NCBI GenBank assembly: GCA_964353135.1
Contig: CAYGTV010000001.1
Location: forward strand, 216,217-280,216
Source of the DNA: an uncultured Candidatus Saccharibacteria bacterium
Lineage (GTDB): Bacteria; Patescibacteriota; Minisyncoccia; Phycocordibacterales; UBA918
Direction of reading: 5' to 3'
Length of the DNA: 64,000 nt
The position numbers and the translations under genes are program-made. Of this stretch, positions 1 to 9,832 are shown piece by piece (position 1 is the stretch's first letter; every line of letters starts with the position of its first letter). The notes below the pieces were generated by a model that saw only the letters and a list, made by a program, of their open reading frames with translations, did no database searches and had not been told where the DNA came from.

Positions 1-466
1 GGAAATCATGGATGAGGCGCTCGAGGTCAACGGTTTTACGATGGAGCAAGCGACTGATCAGTCAAAGCAATCAGAAGCAGAGCTGCTAGCGTCATTTCTA
101 GAGTGGTCGCAGGATTTGCCAGAACGAACGCTAACCGGGCAAAATGTGCCATTTGATCACAATATGCTCGAGGCTGCCGCGAGGCGAGCGAAGCTGAATT
201 GGAACTTCGCACACCGCACGATCGACATTCATTCATTGTGTTGGATGCATGTGATCAAATCTGGTGGGCAGCCGCCAGTAGACGAAAAACATAAGCGAAC
301 TGCGCTTAATTCTCACGCGGTGCAAAAATATTGTGGTGTACCAAAAGAACCTGACCCGCACAATGCTCTGTCTGGAGCACTTTGGCACGCTGAAGTCACA
401 TCGCGCCTGCTATACGACAAAAAACTTCTCCCCGAATTTGCCGAGTTCGACATACCGTGGCTATAG
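1..466 (+). CDS. 3'-5' exonuclease, DnaQ-like (DEDDh) family, C-terminal portion; 5' end cut by window edge
   Basis: Open frame runs to window start; FDHNML and C-terminal H-x4-D (HNALSGALWHAE) exonuclease-III-like motifs. Confidence 0.6.
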   Translation, partial: EIMDEALEVNGFTMEQATDQSKQSEAELLASFLEWSQDLPERTLTGQNVPFDHNMLEAAARRAKLNWNFAHRTIDIHSLCWMHVIKSGGQPPVDEKHKRTALNSHAVQKYCGVPKEPDPHNALSGALWHAEVTSRLLYDKKLLPEFAEFDIPWL

Positions 467-489
467 CAAAATGCTAAAATAGGTCTATT

Positions 490-1251
490 ATGGCACTTGA
501 TAAAAAACGGCGAACGCCGAGCAACAAAACTATTGGTAAGCGAAAACAGACTGAACAGCATCAGCGGATTGTAAGCGAACTCCTGGATCCTGAAAGCACT
601 CAAGGTGACGCAGTGCAGTCATGGCGAGTATTTCGTATCATGTCTGAATTTGTACAAGGGTTTGAATTGCTGCGGGACCACGGTAAGGCAGCCACGTTTT
701 GGGGAAGTGCCAGATTAACTCCTGACAACACCTACTACAAGCAAGCTGAAGAGCTGGCCGCAAAACTAGCAAAAGACGGTTTTTCTATCATTTCAGGCGG
801 TGGGCCGGGAATTATGGAAGCGTCTAACGTGGGTGCATTCAAAGTTGGTGGTCGATCGGTTGGACTCAATATCCAGCTGCCGTTTGAACAAAAACTTAAT
901 CCGTACACTAACGAGTCCCTCAACTTTGATTTTTTCTTCTCGCGCAAGGTGATGCTTACTTTTGCTTCAGAAGTATATGTCTATTTCCCGGGTGGATTTG
1001 GTACCCTCGATGAATTTTTCGAGATCGTGACCCTGATTCAGACTAAAAAAATCGAACCAATACCGGTTGTGCTCTACGGCAAAGAATTCTGGGAGCCATT
1101 CCTAAAAGTGTTTAAAGAAGACTTGCTAGAAAAACACGCAACGATCAGCCCTGAAGATATGGATATATTCCACTTAGTTGACAGTGTCGACGAGGCGATG
1201 AAGTACATCACTAAAGAAGTGAAAAAAATTGGTAACGTACAACAGGTCTAA
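490..1251 (+). CDS. LOG family protein (TIGR00730 Rossmann-fold nucleotide-binding; cytokinin riboside 5'-monophosphate phosphoribohydrolase-like)
   Basis: GGGPGIMEA and PGGFGTLDEFFE signature motifs of LOG family. Confidence 0.85.
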   Translation: MALDKKRRTPSNKTIGKRKQTEQHQRIVSELLDPESTQGDAVQSWRVFRIMSEFVQGFELLRDHGKAATFWGSARLTPDNTYYKQAEELAAKLAKDGFSIISGGGPGIMEASNVGAFKVGGRSVGLNIQLPFEQKLNPYTNESLNFDFFFSRKVMLTFASEVYVYFPGGFGTLDEFFEIVTLIQTKKIEPIPVVLYGKEFWEPFLKVFKEDLLEKHATISPEDMDIFHLVDSVDEAMKYITKEVKKIGNVQQV

Positions 1252-1254
1252 CCT

Positions 1255-2520
1255 ATGCTGTTTTCTTACTTTGACGTTGGGTTTGCTACTGCCAAAGGAT
1301 TTCAGTGGGGTATCGCTAAAAATGTAAAAGCACTTTCAGCCTATCGTACAAAGGTAGCCAAGGTTATTGCACAGCATGACAATAAACATCCAGAATATTC
1401 GCTGGTGCACGCCGCTGACGCTGCTGCCCATGATGTTATTGATGGTGTCCGTCAGGACTTCGCAGGAATCAAACATTTGATCCTGATTGGTATTGGCGGA
1501 TCTAACCTTGGGACTGAGGCGGTCCATGCGCTACTCGGTGAGAAGAAAGTCCAGTTACACAGCCTCGACACAATTGCTCCTTATCAAGTAGATGAGCTAC
1601 TTACAAAACTGAAGCGGGTAAAGAAGACTTCAGACATAGCAGTTTGTATCATCAGTAAATCTGGCGGCACCACTGAAACAATGGTTAATGCAGGGGTTGT
1701 TCTAGATGCACTCGAGGGTCAACTAGGAAAAGGTATTTATAAGCAAACGATTTGTATTAGCAATCCAGGTACTGCGTTTATGAAAGCCGCAAAACGGATG
1801 GGGGCTCGAGCGATTGCAATGCCAGAGATAGTGGGTGGCAGATACTCAGTTGGGACTGAAGTAGGACTAGTGCCACTGGCGCTGCTTGGTCATAGTGTTG
1901 ATGGGTTTATAGAGGGCTTGCTTGATGCCTCGAAAGAACAATTTGAATCAGTTACAGCGGAGAATGCCGCACGGTTGTACTTATATCTATCTAAAAAATA
2001 TACTCACTACAATTTCTTTGCTTTTGAGCCGCGCTTATACAAGCTTGCTGCTTGGTATCGACAGTTACAAGCGGAAAGTCTCGGCAAGACTCATACCAAG
2101 AAAAATAAAAAGAACACAAAAGGATTTGTTCCAACTCTCAGCACAGCGGTTGAGCTACACTCGACTGGTCAGTTGCATATGAGCGGTCTGCTTCCAACCT
2201 ATACTGATTTTGTCACGTTTGATGATGAAGAGGTAAATTACGATATTCCTAAAAAAGGTCTAGCCAAAAACCTTAGTAAGTTCAACCTGCAAGAAATCGC
2301 AACCGGAATCTATGGTGGGGTGATCGGTGCATATCAAGCAAAGAAACTGCCATATCGTTCAACAATCTTTGACGAAGATCTCCCATACTCAGTCGGACTA
2401 TTTATGGGGATGCGGATGATGGAAACGATGTATGTTGCAGAACTGCTTGGGATCAATGCCTTTGATCAGCCTAATGTGGAACTGTACAAAGATAAGACTC
2501 GTGAGATTTTAGATTTGTAA
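1255..2520 (+). CDS. pgi: glucose-6-phosphate isomerase (short form)
   Basis: PGI signatures IGIGGSNLG and SKSGGTTET; 421 aa. Confidence 0.8.
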   Translation: MLFSYFDVGFATAKGFQWGIAKNVKALSAYRTKVAKVIAQHDNKHPEYSLVHAADAAAHDVIDGVRQDFAGIKHLILIGIGGSNLGTEAVHALLGEKKVQLHSLDTIAPYQVDELLTKLKRVKKTSDIAVCIISKSGGTTETMVNAGVVLDALEGQLGKGIYKQTICISNPGTAFMKAAKRMGARAIAMPEIVGGRYSVGTEVGLVPLALLGHSVDGFIEGLLDASKEQFESVTAENAARLYLYLSKKYTHYNFFAFEPRLYKLAAWYRQLQAESLGKTHTKKNKKNTKGFVPTLSTAVELHSTGQLHMSGLLPTYTDFVTFDDEEVNYDIPKKGLAKNLSKFNLQEIATGIYGGVIGAYQAKKLPYRSTIFDEDLPYSVGLFMGMRMMETMYVAELLGINAFDQPNVELYKDKTREILDL

Positions 2521-2523
2521 TGT

Positions 2524-2733
2524 ATGCTTTACGTAATCGGAATAACTCTGGTGGCTGCTTACGTAATTGCGCGACTTTTTGAAAAGGTAGACCCAAAAGA
2601 GTGGGAGAAGCTAGCAAAGGAACGTGTGGAATTAAAAAAGCAACAAGAGGGAAAAGGATTTACAGGTAGCAGGTTGTTCCCTATGTTTGTGCTAACAATC
2701 ATTGCGTATCTGGTATTGTTATTACTGATATGA
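2524..2733 (+). CDS. small two-TM membrane protein, hypothetical
   Basis: 69 aa ORF tightly packed between pgi and glucokinase, two hydrophobic segments. Confidence 0.4.
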   Translation: MLYVIGITLVAAYVIARLFEKVDPKEWEKLAKERVELKKQQEGKGFTGSRLFPMFVLTIIAYLVLLLLI

Positions 2734-3569
2734 CATACGTAGTATTTGACATCGGCGGGACAAAGACTCGCATCGCCACCTCAACTGACTTAATCAAATT
2801 TGATGAAGTGAAATCGTACAAAACCCCATCGACCTTTAATGATGGGATGAAAAAATTTGTCGAGACTGTCAAAGAAATGACCGATGAAGTGACGGCCATT
2901 GCCGGCGGAATTCGTGGACGGCTGGCAGAAGATAAGAGCGGGATAGAAAATGACGGTGTACTTACCAAATGGGCAGGGGAATCTGTGGTCGGATACCTTG
3001 AAAAAACATACGGAGATATTCCAGTCTTTTTAGAAAACGACACAGCGATTGCTGGGGTAGGCGAGGCAACCTTTGGTGCGGGAGAAGGGCTCGAGATCGT
3101 CGCGTACCACACAGTCAGCACCGGTGTCGGTGGTGCAAAAATTGAAGACGGTGAAATTGACCATGCGGATGTTGGTTTTGAACCAGGTCATCAGATCCTC
3201 GACATTGATCGGACGATATTAGGGGAAGAAATCACTCCGACATTAGAAAACATGGTGTCTGGTACAGCCATCAAACAACGTTTTGGTGTAGAGCCATACG
3301 AGATTCCACAGACTGATGTTCTCTGGGATGACTTGGCTGGCTATTTGGCTCAAGGACTGCGCAACACCATTTTGTACTGGTCACCTGACGCAATTGTGCT
3401 GGGTGGATCAATGATCATTGGAGACCCAGCGATCAAAATTGACGCCATACGCAAGGCAACAGTAGAGGCACTTGACGGCTTTGAAGATACGCCGCTGATT
3501 GTAGAAGCAAAACTAGGGGACGAGGCCGGTCTATGGGGTGGAATGGCTATTTTGGCTAAACGACTATAA
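2730..3569 (+). CDS. ROK-family sugar kinase, probable glucokinase
   Basis: N-terminal FDIGGTKTR ATPase motif, ENDTAIAGVGE ROK-like motif; adjacent to pgi. Confidence 0.75.
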   Translation: MTYVVFDIGGTKTRIATSTDLIKFDEVKSYKTPSTFNDGMKKFVETVKEMTDEVTAIAGGIRGRLAEDKSGIENDGVLTKWAGESVVGYLEKTYGDIPVFLENDTAIAGVGEATFGAGEGLEIVAYHTVSTGVGGAKIEDGEIDHADVGFEPGHQILDIDRTILGEEITPTLENMVSGTAIKQRFGVEPYEIPQTDVLWDDLAGYLAQGLRNTILYWSPDAIVLGGSMIIGDPAIKIDAIRKATVEALDGFEDTPLIVEAKLGDEAGLWGGMAILAKRL

Positions 3570-3640
3570 GCCTAGTTTAAGGTAGCGCCCCGCCTCTGGA
3601 TTTTGTATACTGAAAAGACATTATTCTTTAAGCTATTTCT

Positions 3641-4405
3641 ATGGAAGGTCTCATTATTTTAATTGTAGTAATCGGAGGAATCCTCCTTTCGTTCTTACGT
3701 GAAGTGAAGCAGTACGAACGAGGGGTGGTGCTCACGATGGGGAAGTACAGTAGTTTACGTGGACCAGGATGGAGTATCATCATTCCAATTTTTCAGGCAA
3801 TGGAAAAGGTTGACCTGCGAGTCAAAGCGGTCGATGTACCAGACCAAAAGGTAATCACCCGTGACAACGTATCTGCTAGTATCAACGCCGTGATTTACTA
3901 CAAAGTATCTGATGCTGCCCGGGCGGTTCTTGAGGTAGAGGACTTCCGGTATGCTGTCTCACAGTTGGCACAGACAACTATGCGTAACATTGTCGGTGGT
4001 GCAGAGCTCGATGAAGTGCTGGCAAACCGCGAGGAATTATCTGACAAAATCAGAGCGATCATTGATGCTGAGACGGACAAATGGGGGATCAAGGTAGATA
4101 ACGTAGAACTCAAGGATTTCTTCCTACCAGAAGACATGGAGCGAACCATTGCCAAACAAGCCGAAGCCGAGCGTGAACGACGAGCGGTAATCATTAATGC
4201 TGAAGGGGAAGTGGTGGCTGCAGAAAACATCGCTAAAGCTGCCAAAATGCTTTCGGACTCGCCAGGAGCATTGCATTTGCGTACCCTGCAAACCCTCAAC
4301 GACCTATCGTCTGACCAATCAAATACCGTTATTTTTGCGGTTCCAATCGAAGTACTACGAGCAGTAGAAGGTGCAACAGCCATGATGACAAAGATAAAAG
4401 AGTAA
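3641..4405 (+). CDS. SPFH/band-7 domain membrane protein (stomatin/HflKC-like)
   Basis: N-terminal TM helix followed by SPFH-like core (YERGVVLTMGKY...), coiled-coil C-terminus. Confidence 0.8.
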   Translation: MEGLIILIVVIGGILLSFLREVKQYERGVVLTMGKYSSLRGPGWSIIIPIFQAMEKVDLRVKAVDVPDQKVITRDNVSASINAVIYYKVSDAARAVLEVEDFRYAVSQLAQTTMRNIVGGAELDEVLANREELSDKIRAIIDAETDKWGIKVDNVELKDFFLPEDMERTIAKQAEAERERRAVIINAEGEVVAAENIAKAAKMLSDSPGALHLRTLQTLNDLSSDQSNTVIFAVPIEVLRAVEGATAMMTKIKE

Positions 4406-4413
4406 CAAAAAGG

Positions 4414-4442
4414 TTGACTTTTATCTAAAAAAGTGTTATAGT
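4414..4442 (+). promoter_or_regulatory. sigma70-type promoter TTGACT-17nt-TATAGT
   Basis: Near-consensus -35/-10 hexamers with 17 nt spacer upstream of SLT-domain gene. Confidence 0.6.
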
Positions 4443-4733
4443 CTTATAAATCCGCAATCCATGGTAGGATTGTCCGGTTGTCAGGGAAGGGGCGCTCTAT
4501 GAGTCCTCCGACCTATACTCATGTTGAGTTGTGACATTTATCTATAAGACAATTGGCTTATTATATCCACTGTAATCCTAGCAATCCTTTCACTCTCTAC
4601 TGCATCTGCGGTTGAAGTACCAGAAAGCGCATACGGAAACATCGGACAAGAAGAAGTAGTTGTTGCGACGAGAGAGCTTACACGAGGGCGAACCGAAGAG
4701 CTAGTACGTGAGTACTTCTCAGATATTCCAGTT

Positions 4734-5003
4734 ATGGCAGAGGTTGCTCGATGTGAGTCAACGTTTCGTCATACACTCGAAGATGGTTCAGTTCTACGAG
4801 GAGTGGTTGATAGTCGTGATACTGGGGTGATGCAAATCAATACCTATTATCACGGTGAAGCTGCTGCTGCGATGGAACTTGACCTCGAAGACTTCTATCA
4901 CAACATGGCGTACGCTCGTGATCTATACGAGCGACAGGGAACACAACCCTGGAGCGCCAGCCGACCTTGTTGGGGTTCTTCCCAACTAGCAATGGCTAAC
5001 TAG
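4734..5003 (+). CDS. lytic transglycosylase (SLT/lysozyme-like) domain protein; ATG-defined ORF, true N-terminus probably further upstream (to ~4548) with non-canonical start
   Basis: ARCES(T)F catalytic Glu-Ser motif and GVMQIN motif typical of SLT domain; in-frame upstream segment ISTVILAILSLSTASA-VEVPES resembles a signal peptide but contains no ATG/GTG/TTG after the in-frame stop at 4545. Confidence 0.6.
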   Translation: MAEVARCESTFRHTLEDGSVLRGVVDSRDTGVMQINTYYHGEAAAAMELDLEDFYHNMAYARDLYERQGTQPWSASRPCWGSSQLAMAN

Positions 5004-5130
5004 TAGATCGTCCAAAAATAGAGTATCTGCACCAGCTTCACGATTTTGTTCCCTCACCGTATCACAAGGTACGGCTCAGTCACAAAATCACTCCAGCTGG
5101 CACACCTACAACTATTTTGTGAAAGATCTA

Positions 5131-5171
5131 ACAACAAACCCGCTTGAAAGAGCGGGTTTGTTGTTATTTTT
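5131..5171 (+). terminator. rho-independent terminator (AAACCCGCT-TGAAAG-AGCGGGTTT + T-run)
   Basis: Perfect 9-bp GC-rich stem followed by GTTGTTATTTTT downstream of SLT-domain gene. Confidence 0.75.
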
Positions 5172-5224
5172 GAGAAACGTTGTATTGTTTGAGTAGATTG
5201 TAACAGAAGAACCTGGAGGACAAA

Positions 5225-5554
5225 ATGATTCCAATAACGAAAATATGGTTGATGCAACAAGCAGAAGGGTTAGCCTGGTATCAGGCTCTCAATCAGCTTG
5301 AGATACCATATCTTAAATGGCATGGACATAGTGGAAAAATACCCGCGGCGGTTCGCGATGAAGTTGAGAATCGAACACACGGGTTTGCGTGTGGATATGA
5401 GTTGCTTGAAGAGCGAAACCTTATGAATCCGTGGCGAATCGCTCACGACGGCATCAGCTACATCGTAGCTGAGCTATATGGTTACTCTCCGAAAGCGCAT
5501 GAGGCAGAAGGTTTTTTAATTTTTCCTCTCGGAGTCATCGACATCGATGCGTAG
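5225..5554 (+). CDS. hypothetical protein
   Basis: 109 aa ORF with GGAGG Shine-Dalgarno 7 nt upstream of ATG; no recognisable motif. Confidence 0.5.
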   Translation: MIPITKIWLMQQAEGLAWYQALNQLEIPYLKWHGHSGKIPAAVRDEVENRTHGFACGYELLEERNLMNPWRIAHDGISYIVAELYGYSPKAHEAEGFLIFPLGVIDIDA

Positions 5555-5614
5555 ATATAAATCGACTTGTCAATTTGACAGGTCGTTTTCTCTTGCTTTT
5601 GTTATACTTACAAC

Positions 5615-6082
5615 ATGAAATACTGGCTAATGAAATCTGAACCGGATTGTTACTCGATTGATGATCTGAAAAAAGACAAAGTTGAACACTGGGATGGTAC
5701 CCGGAATTATCAGGTGCGCAATATGATGCGTGATGATATGACAGTGGGGGACTTAGCAATTTTTTATCATAGTAACGCTGGTAAGGAGACTGGCTGTGTG
5801 GGAGTGATGAAAGTACACAGTAAAGCCTACCCAGACCCAACTCAGTTTGACCCAAAATCAGATCACCCAGACCCAAAAAGTGATCCTGAAAACCCGCGCT
5901 GGTTATGTGTTGATATGAAGTATGTGTCGCACTTACCGCGCCTGGTGTCACTCCAGGAAATCAAGCTCGATCCTAAATTTACTGATATGCCTTTGGTGCA
6001 GCGAGGGAACCGACTGTCAGTTTTTCCCATCAAAAAAGTCCACTTTGATCGAATTGTTAAGTTGGCAAAAGAAGAGCAATAA
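5615..6082 (+). CDS. EVE (PUA-like) domain protein
   Basis: MKYWLMKSEP...Y...RNYQVRN...GD...FYHS pattern characteristic of EVE domain. Confidence 0.8.
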   Translation: MKYWLMKSEPDCYSIDDLKKDKVEHWDGTRNYQVRNMMRDDMTVGDLAIFYHSNAGKETGCVGVMKVHSKAYPDPTQFDPKSDHPDPKSDPENPRWLCVDMKYVSHLPRLVSLQEIKLDPKFTDMPLVQRGNRLSVFPIKKVHFDRIVKLAKEEQ

Positions 6083-6146
6083 GCAGTGCTAGTTTATGCC
6101 CGCCATTGTCAGTGTCGGCCATTGTACGTTGTTATACTGAACTTAT

Positions 6147-7352
6147 ATGGAATCTACGATCAACTCGCTGCGCGACACCAAGGGACGCTTTCAGAAAAAA
6201 GATACTGGCTTTATGCAGTTGTTTATCAGCAAACGGTTGATCCACGGAGCAGCCGCTGCACTGGCGGGGATTTTTGTCCCGATCTTTCTCTACGAAACCA
6301 CTGGTGAATCATTTTTTGTAGTTGGGGGGTACTATGCATTCCTCTCATTGATGTACGCACTATTGCTGGTACCAAGCATGTCGATTACTAATCACCTAGG
6401 GTTTAGTAAGACGCTTGTTTTGTCCGGGGTCTGTAGCATCATTACCTACATATTCCTGTTCTTGCTGACGCCAGAAAACATCCTAACGCTGATGTGGCCA
6501 CTGGCAGCTGCAATTATAGCTTTTAGATTATTTCACTGGGTACCTTTTCATACCGACTTTGCCTTGTTCACAACAGCCGGGAAGCGAGGCAAGCAGGTAA
6601 GTTTGTCATTTGCAGCCATCGCGTTTATGGGGGCAATCGGACCGATTGCTGCTGGTTTTATTGTCGCCAACGCGGGGTACACAGCGCTATTTGGAACTAT
6701 CATTGTTCTCTTGATCGCAGCCACTATTTCTTATGCCTACGTTCCTGAAACTCCAACGCATTTTGACTGGTCTTGGAAAGAAACCTGGCGGCAATTTAAA
6801 TACAAGAAAAATAGGGGATTAATGGTGGGGGAGTTTGCCAACGGAGCAGAGACAATTGTAAACATTATCGTTTGGCCAATTTTCCTGTACGAGATTCTCA
6901 ACGGCGATTTGTTTAGCATCGGGGCACTGTCTACAATTATTGTTGGGGTAACGATTATCCTGCAACTAATCCTTGGTCGCTATTTGGATAAGCAGGGCAA
7001 GGATAAAACTAAAACCTTGCGGGTGGGAAGCTTCCTCTATGCAATTGGCTGGATCCTTAAAATTTTTGTTTTGTCCGCTGCGCAAGTATTTTTCGTTGGT
7101 CTGTATCACAACATCGTACGGATTTTCTCGCACACTCCGTTTAGCGCGATTATTTACGACATGTCAGCTGACCAGGGGAGTCTGGTTGATGAATATACTG
7201 TGATCAGAGAAATGGCCAATCATCTCGGCCGAGCGTCTGCTTTGCTCGTCACAGCTATCCTGACGCTATTTATCCCAATAGGGTGGACATTCTTTATTGC
7301 CGTTGGTGCATCACTGGCCCTTAATATGGTCTATACGGCACAAAGGCGGTAG
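6147..7352 (+). CDS. polytopic membrane transporter, MFS-like
   Basis: 401 aa, about 12 predicted hydrophobic helices, two-halves organisation. Confidence 0.55.
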   Translation: MESTINSLRDTKGRFQKKDTGFMQLFISKRLIHGAAAALAGIFVPIFLYETTGESFFVVGGYYAFLSLMYALLLVPSMSITNHLGFSKTLVLSGVCSIITYIFLFLLTPENILTLMWPLAAAIIAFRLFHWVPFHTDFALFTTAGKRGKQVSLSFAAIAFMGAIGPIAAGFIVANAGYTALFGTIIVLLIAATISYAYVPETPTHFDWSWKETWRQFKYKKNRGLMVGEFANGAETIVNIIVWPIFLYEILNGDLFSIGALSTIIVGVTIILQLILGRYLDKQGKDKTKTLRVGSFLYAIGWILKIFVLSAAQVFFVGLYHNIVRIFSHTPFSAIIYDMSADQGSLVDEYTVIREMANHLGRASALLVTAILTLFIPIGWTFFIAVGASLALNMVYTAQRR

Positions 7353-7361
7353 GATGAATAG

Positions 7362-8096
7362 ATGAAAATTGGATTTTTTGATTCTGGGCAGGGTGGGCTG
7401 CTGATTGCAAAAGCTGTTCAGGCGCAGATGGTTGAGTATGATTACTTTTACTATGGCGATACCGCTAATGTTCCTTATGGTGATAAATCGCAATCAGAGA
7501 TATTTGAATTAACTAAGATGGGTGTTGAGTATTTGTTTTCTAAAGGATGTATTTTGGTTGTGGTGGCTTGTAACACAGCGTCGGTGCAGTCAATTCGAGA
7601 GCTACAAGAAGACTGGCTTCCAACTGAGTATCCTGATCGAAAGATACTGGGAGTGGTTATACCTACCGTGGAGGAATTGCATAAAGAAGGTGTGCAAGAA
7701 GCTTTGTTGCTTGCGACTAGTAGGACAGTGGATTCAAATAAATATGAGACCGAGCTGGCTAAAATTGGAACTAAAATAATTTTACATAAACAAGCTGCAC
7801 CTCTACTTGTACCGTTACTAGAGACAGGGGACTTTATTCAAGCAGTAGATTGCGCTTACAATCATATCTCTGATTGTGTGAATCAAAATCCAAATCTTGG
7901 GGCGGTGATTCTCGGCTGCACACACTACAGTTTGATCGTAGGGGACTTGCGGAAGCGGTTTCCAGAGATTCGCTTTTTTGCACAATCAGAGATTATTCCA
8001 AAGAAGCTCGAAGAGTACCTAGGGAAGCATAAAGAGATAAAAAGTACTTTAACCACAGGTGGTACATTTCAAACAAACTTAACTGGAGAGAAATAA
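7362..8096 (+). CDS. murI: glutamate racemase
   Basis: FDSGQGGL, GDTANVPYG, VVACNTAS and GCTHYS motifs. Confidence 0.9.
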   Translation: MKIGFFDSGQGGLLIAKAVQAQMVEYDYFYYGDTANVPYGDKSQSEIFELTKMGVEYLFSKGCILVVVACNTASVQSIRELQEDWLPTEYPDRKILGVVIPTVEELHKEGVQEALLLATSRTVDSNKYETELAKIGTKIILHKQAAPLLVPLLETGDFIQAVDCAYNHISDCVNQNPNLGAVILGCTHYSLIVGDLRKRFPEIRFFAQSEIIPKKLEEYLGKHKEIKSTLTTGGTFQTNLTGEK

Positions 8097-8226
8097 GCCG
8101 GGAGGGAGTAGTAGTTGTATGTATTCCTTTGTCTATTCCCTTATGTCGCACAATATATCTTTTGCGACATTCATACTATTACAATAAAGCCTGGTATAGG
8201 TATCCAGGCTTCTCCACTCAAGAGGC

Positions 8227-8958
8227 TTATTTTGGCCCTATAAGCTGATCTGTGTACACCGTAGTACCTCTATGTCGTTTGACCAGCTCAGCTGGTCGTT
8301 CATGGATTTCTTTTGTTTCATGTATAAGCGACTCCAGGACCATCTTTTTGGTTTCTCCGGTTACATACACAATCAACTCATCAGGCTTACTAAGTATCCA
8401 GTTAGGTGTAAACGAGGCTCTAGAATCGATTCTAAGGCCCTCTAGGTGTACTGGTACGATGTCTAGATCGTCTCGATCATAGATCGCAGTGAAGGTCTCT
8501 TTGGGTAGTGGAAAAATCCCGGCCGTGTGGCCATCTGGGCCGACTCCTAGTACCTGTAGAATTTTTGGATTTTTTAATGTAGAAATTTCTACTGAAAATA
8601 TTTGTGAAATCCGACTAGCAAAATTTTCTAAATTTTCTCTAGCTTCCGGAACGGTCAAAATTAAATTTTTAGCTACGTAGGAATCCGGGTACCTATTAAC
8701 CAGTTGTAGAGAATTGTTGATTTTTGCATCCCTACTCCCCCGCTCGTCTCCCATCATAAATATTGTGCGACATTCAAATTTATCTAGATCAGTTATGTGC
8801 TCGATGATGTCTAGGGCTGAGCCGCCTGAGAGCAGACACACTGCGTCCCCTTGGTGTCTCTCTATAGTTTCTCGTATATGCCTCCCTGCCAGCTTGGCTG
8901 GGGTGTCTGTGGTAACTATATGCATACTACTCTTTCTTGATAGTCTTGTGCCCACCAA
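8227..8958 (-). CDS. pgl: 6-phosphogluconolactonase
   Basis: LLSGGSA and GVGPDGHTAGIFP motifs of Pgl/NagB family; operon with zwf-gnd. Confidence 0.8.
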   Translation of the reverse strand: MVGTRLSRKSSMHIVTTDTPAKLAGRHIRETIERHQGDAVCLLSGGSALDIIEHITDLDKFECRTIFMMGDERGSRDAKINNSLQLVNRYPDSYVAKNLILTVPEARENLENFASRISQIFSVEISTLKNPKILQVLGVGPDGHTAGIFPLPKETFTAIYDRDDLDIVPVHLEGLRIDSRASFTPNWILSKPDELIVYVTGETKKMVLESLIHETKEIHERPAELVKRHRGTTVYTDQLIGPK

Positions 8959-9829
8959 ACTGATTACGCATCGCAGAGATAAATGTCCCAGTCCGTGACG
9001 GTTGGGTGCGTGTGGCCTTGCGCTGTTCTAAAGCAGCATTGAGGACAGGTGTCTTGCTCTGCTCCACAATATACTCCATTTCCATTTCTGTTTCCCCCTT
9101 GGGCACCTCACCAGCGATCTGTTCGAGGTAACCTTCAGTGGCAAAAGAATCAGCCAGCCAGCCCATCAGACTGCTACTGATAATGCTGCCATTCTCGTAT
9201 GGCTTGAGAGCTGTCTGAACGTCAATCTGTAGGTCTGGCTGCTCACTCTCAATAAAGTTTACTCCTTCAGCAATCGCTCCCATCATCCCGTACTCGATAC
9301 CGTTGTGCACCATTTTTACAAAGTGCCCAGCGCCAGATCTACCAACATGTCCATAGCCATCTGGTGCAGCTAGGGTTGTAAAGATGTGCTCGATTTCACT
9401 TACAACGACTGCGTCGCCTCCGACCATCAGTGATGCTCCGTGCCGTGCGCCGTCTACACCACCAGAGGTCCCGCAGTCTACGTAATGGATGCCTTTAGCT
9501 TTGGTTGCCTCAGCTCGAGCCAACGTTTCCTTAAAGAAAGTATTGCCACCATCAATAACAATGTCTCCTTTTGCTAACTGCGTAGTGACCTCGTTCAGGA
9601 CGTCGTCTACAAATTTGGCTGGTACCATCATCCAAACGACCTTGCGTCCTTCCATACTAGAAATAACGTCAGAAATTGAGTCATGCACGTCAACCCCAAA
9701 TTCAGTCGCCGCCGCTCGTGCTTCAGCCGAAACATCAAATCCGTGTACAACATAACCCTTCTCAATCAAGTGTTCTGTCATAGCTGCTCCCATCCTGCCA
9801 AGTCCAATGAAAATAAGTTCTTTTTGCAT
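8927..9829 (-). CDS. gnd: 6-phosphogluconate dehydrogenase (decarboxylating), short ~300 aa form
   Basis: N-terminal IGLGRMG NAD(P)-binding motif, DGGNTFFKET and GTSGGVDGA motifs. Confidence 0.85.
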   Translation of the reverse strand: MQKELIFIGLGRMGAAMTEHLIEKGYVVHGFDVSAEARAAATEFGVDVHDSISDVISSMEGRKVVWMMVPAKFVDDVLNEVTTQLAKGDIVIDGGNTFFKETLARAEATKAKGIHYVDCGTSGGVDGARHGASLMVGGDAVVVSEIEHIFTTLAAPDGYGHVGRSGAGHFVKMVHNGIEYGMMGAIAEGVNFIESEQPDLQIDVQTALKPYENGSIISSSLMGWLADSFATEGYLEQIAGEVPKGETEMEMEYIVEQSKTPVLNAALEQRKATRTQPSRTGTFISAMRNQFGGHKTIKKE

Positions 9830-9832
9830 ATA

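Noticed and set aside
5054-5260. 68-aa minus-strand ORF spanning the 5131..5171 terminator
   Set aside because: It runs through a strong hairpin terminator and the RBS of gene 5225, has no RBS of its own, and is likely non-coding.
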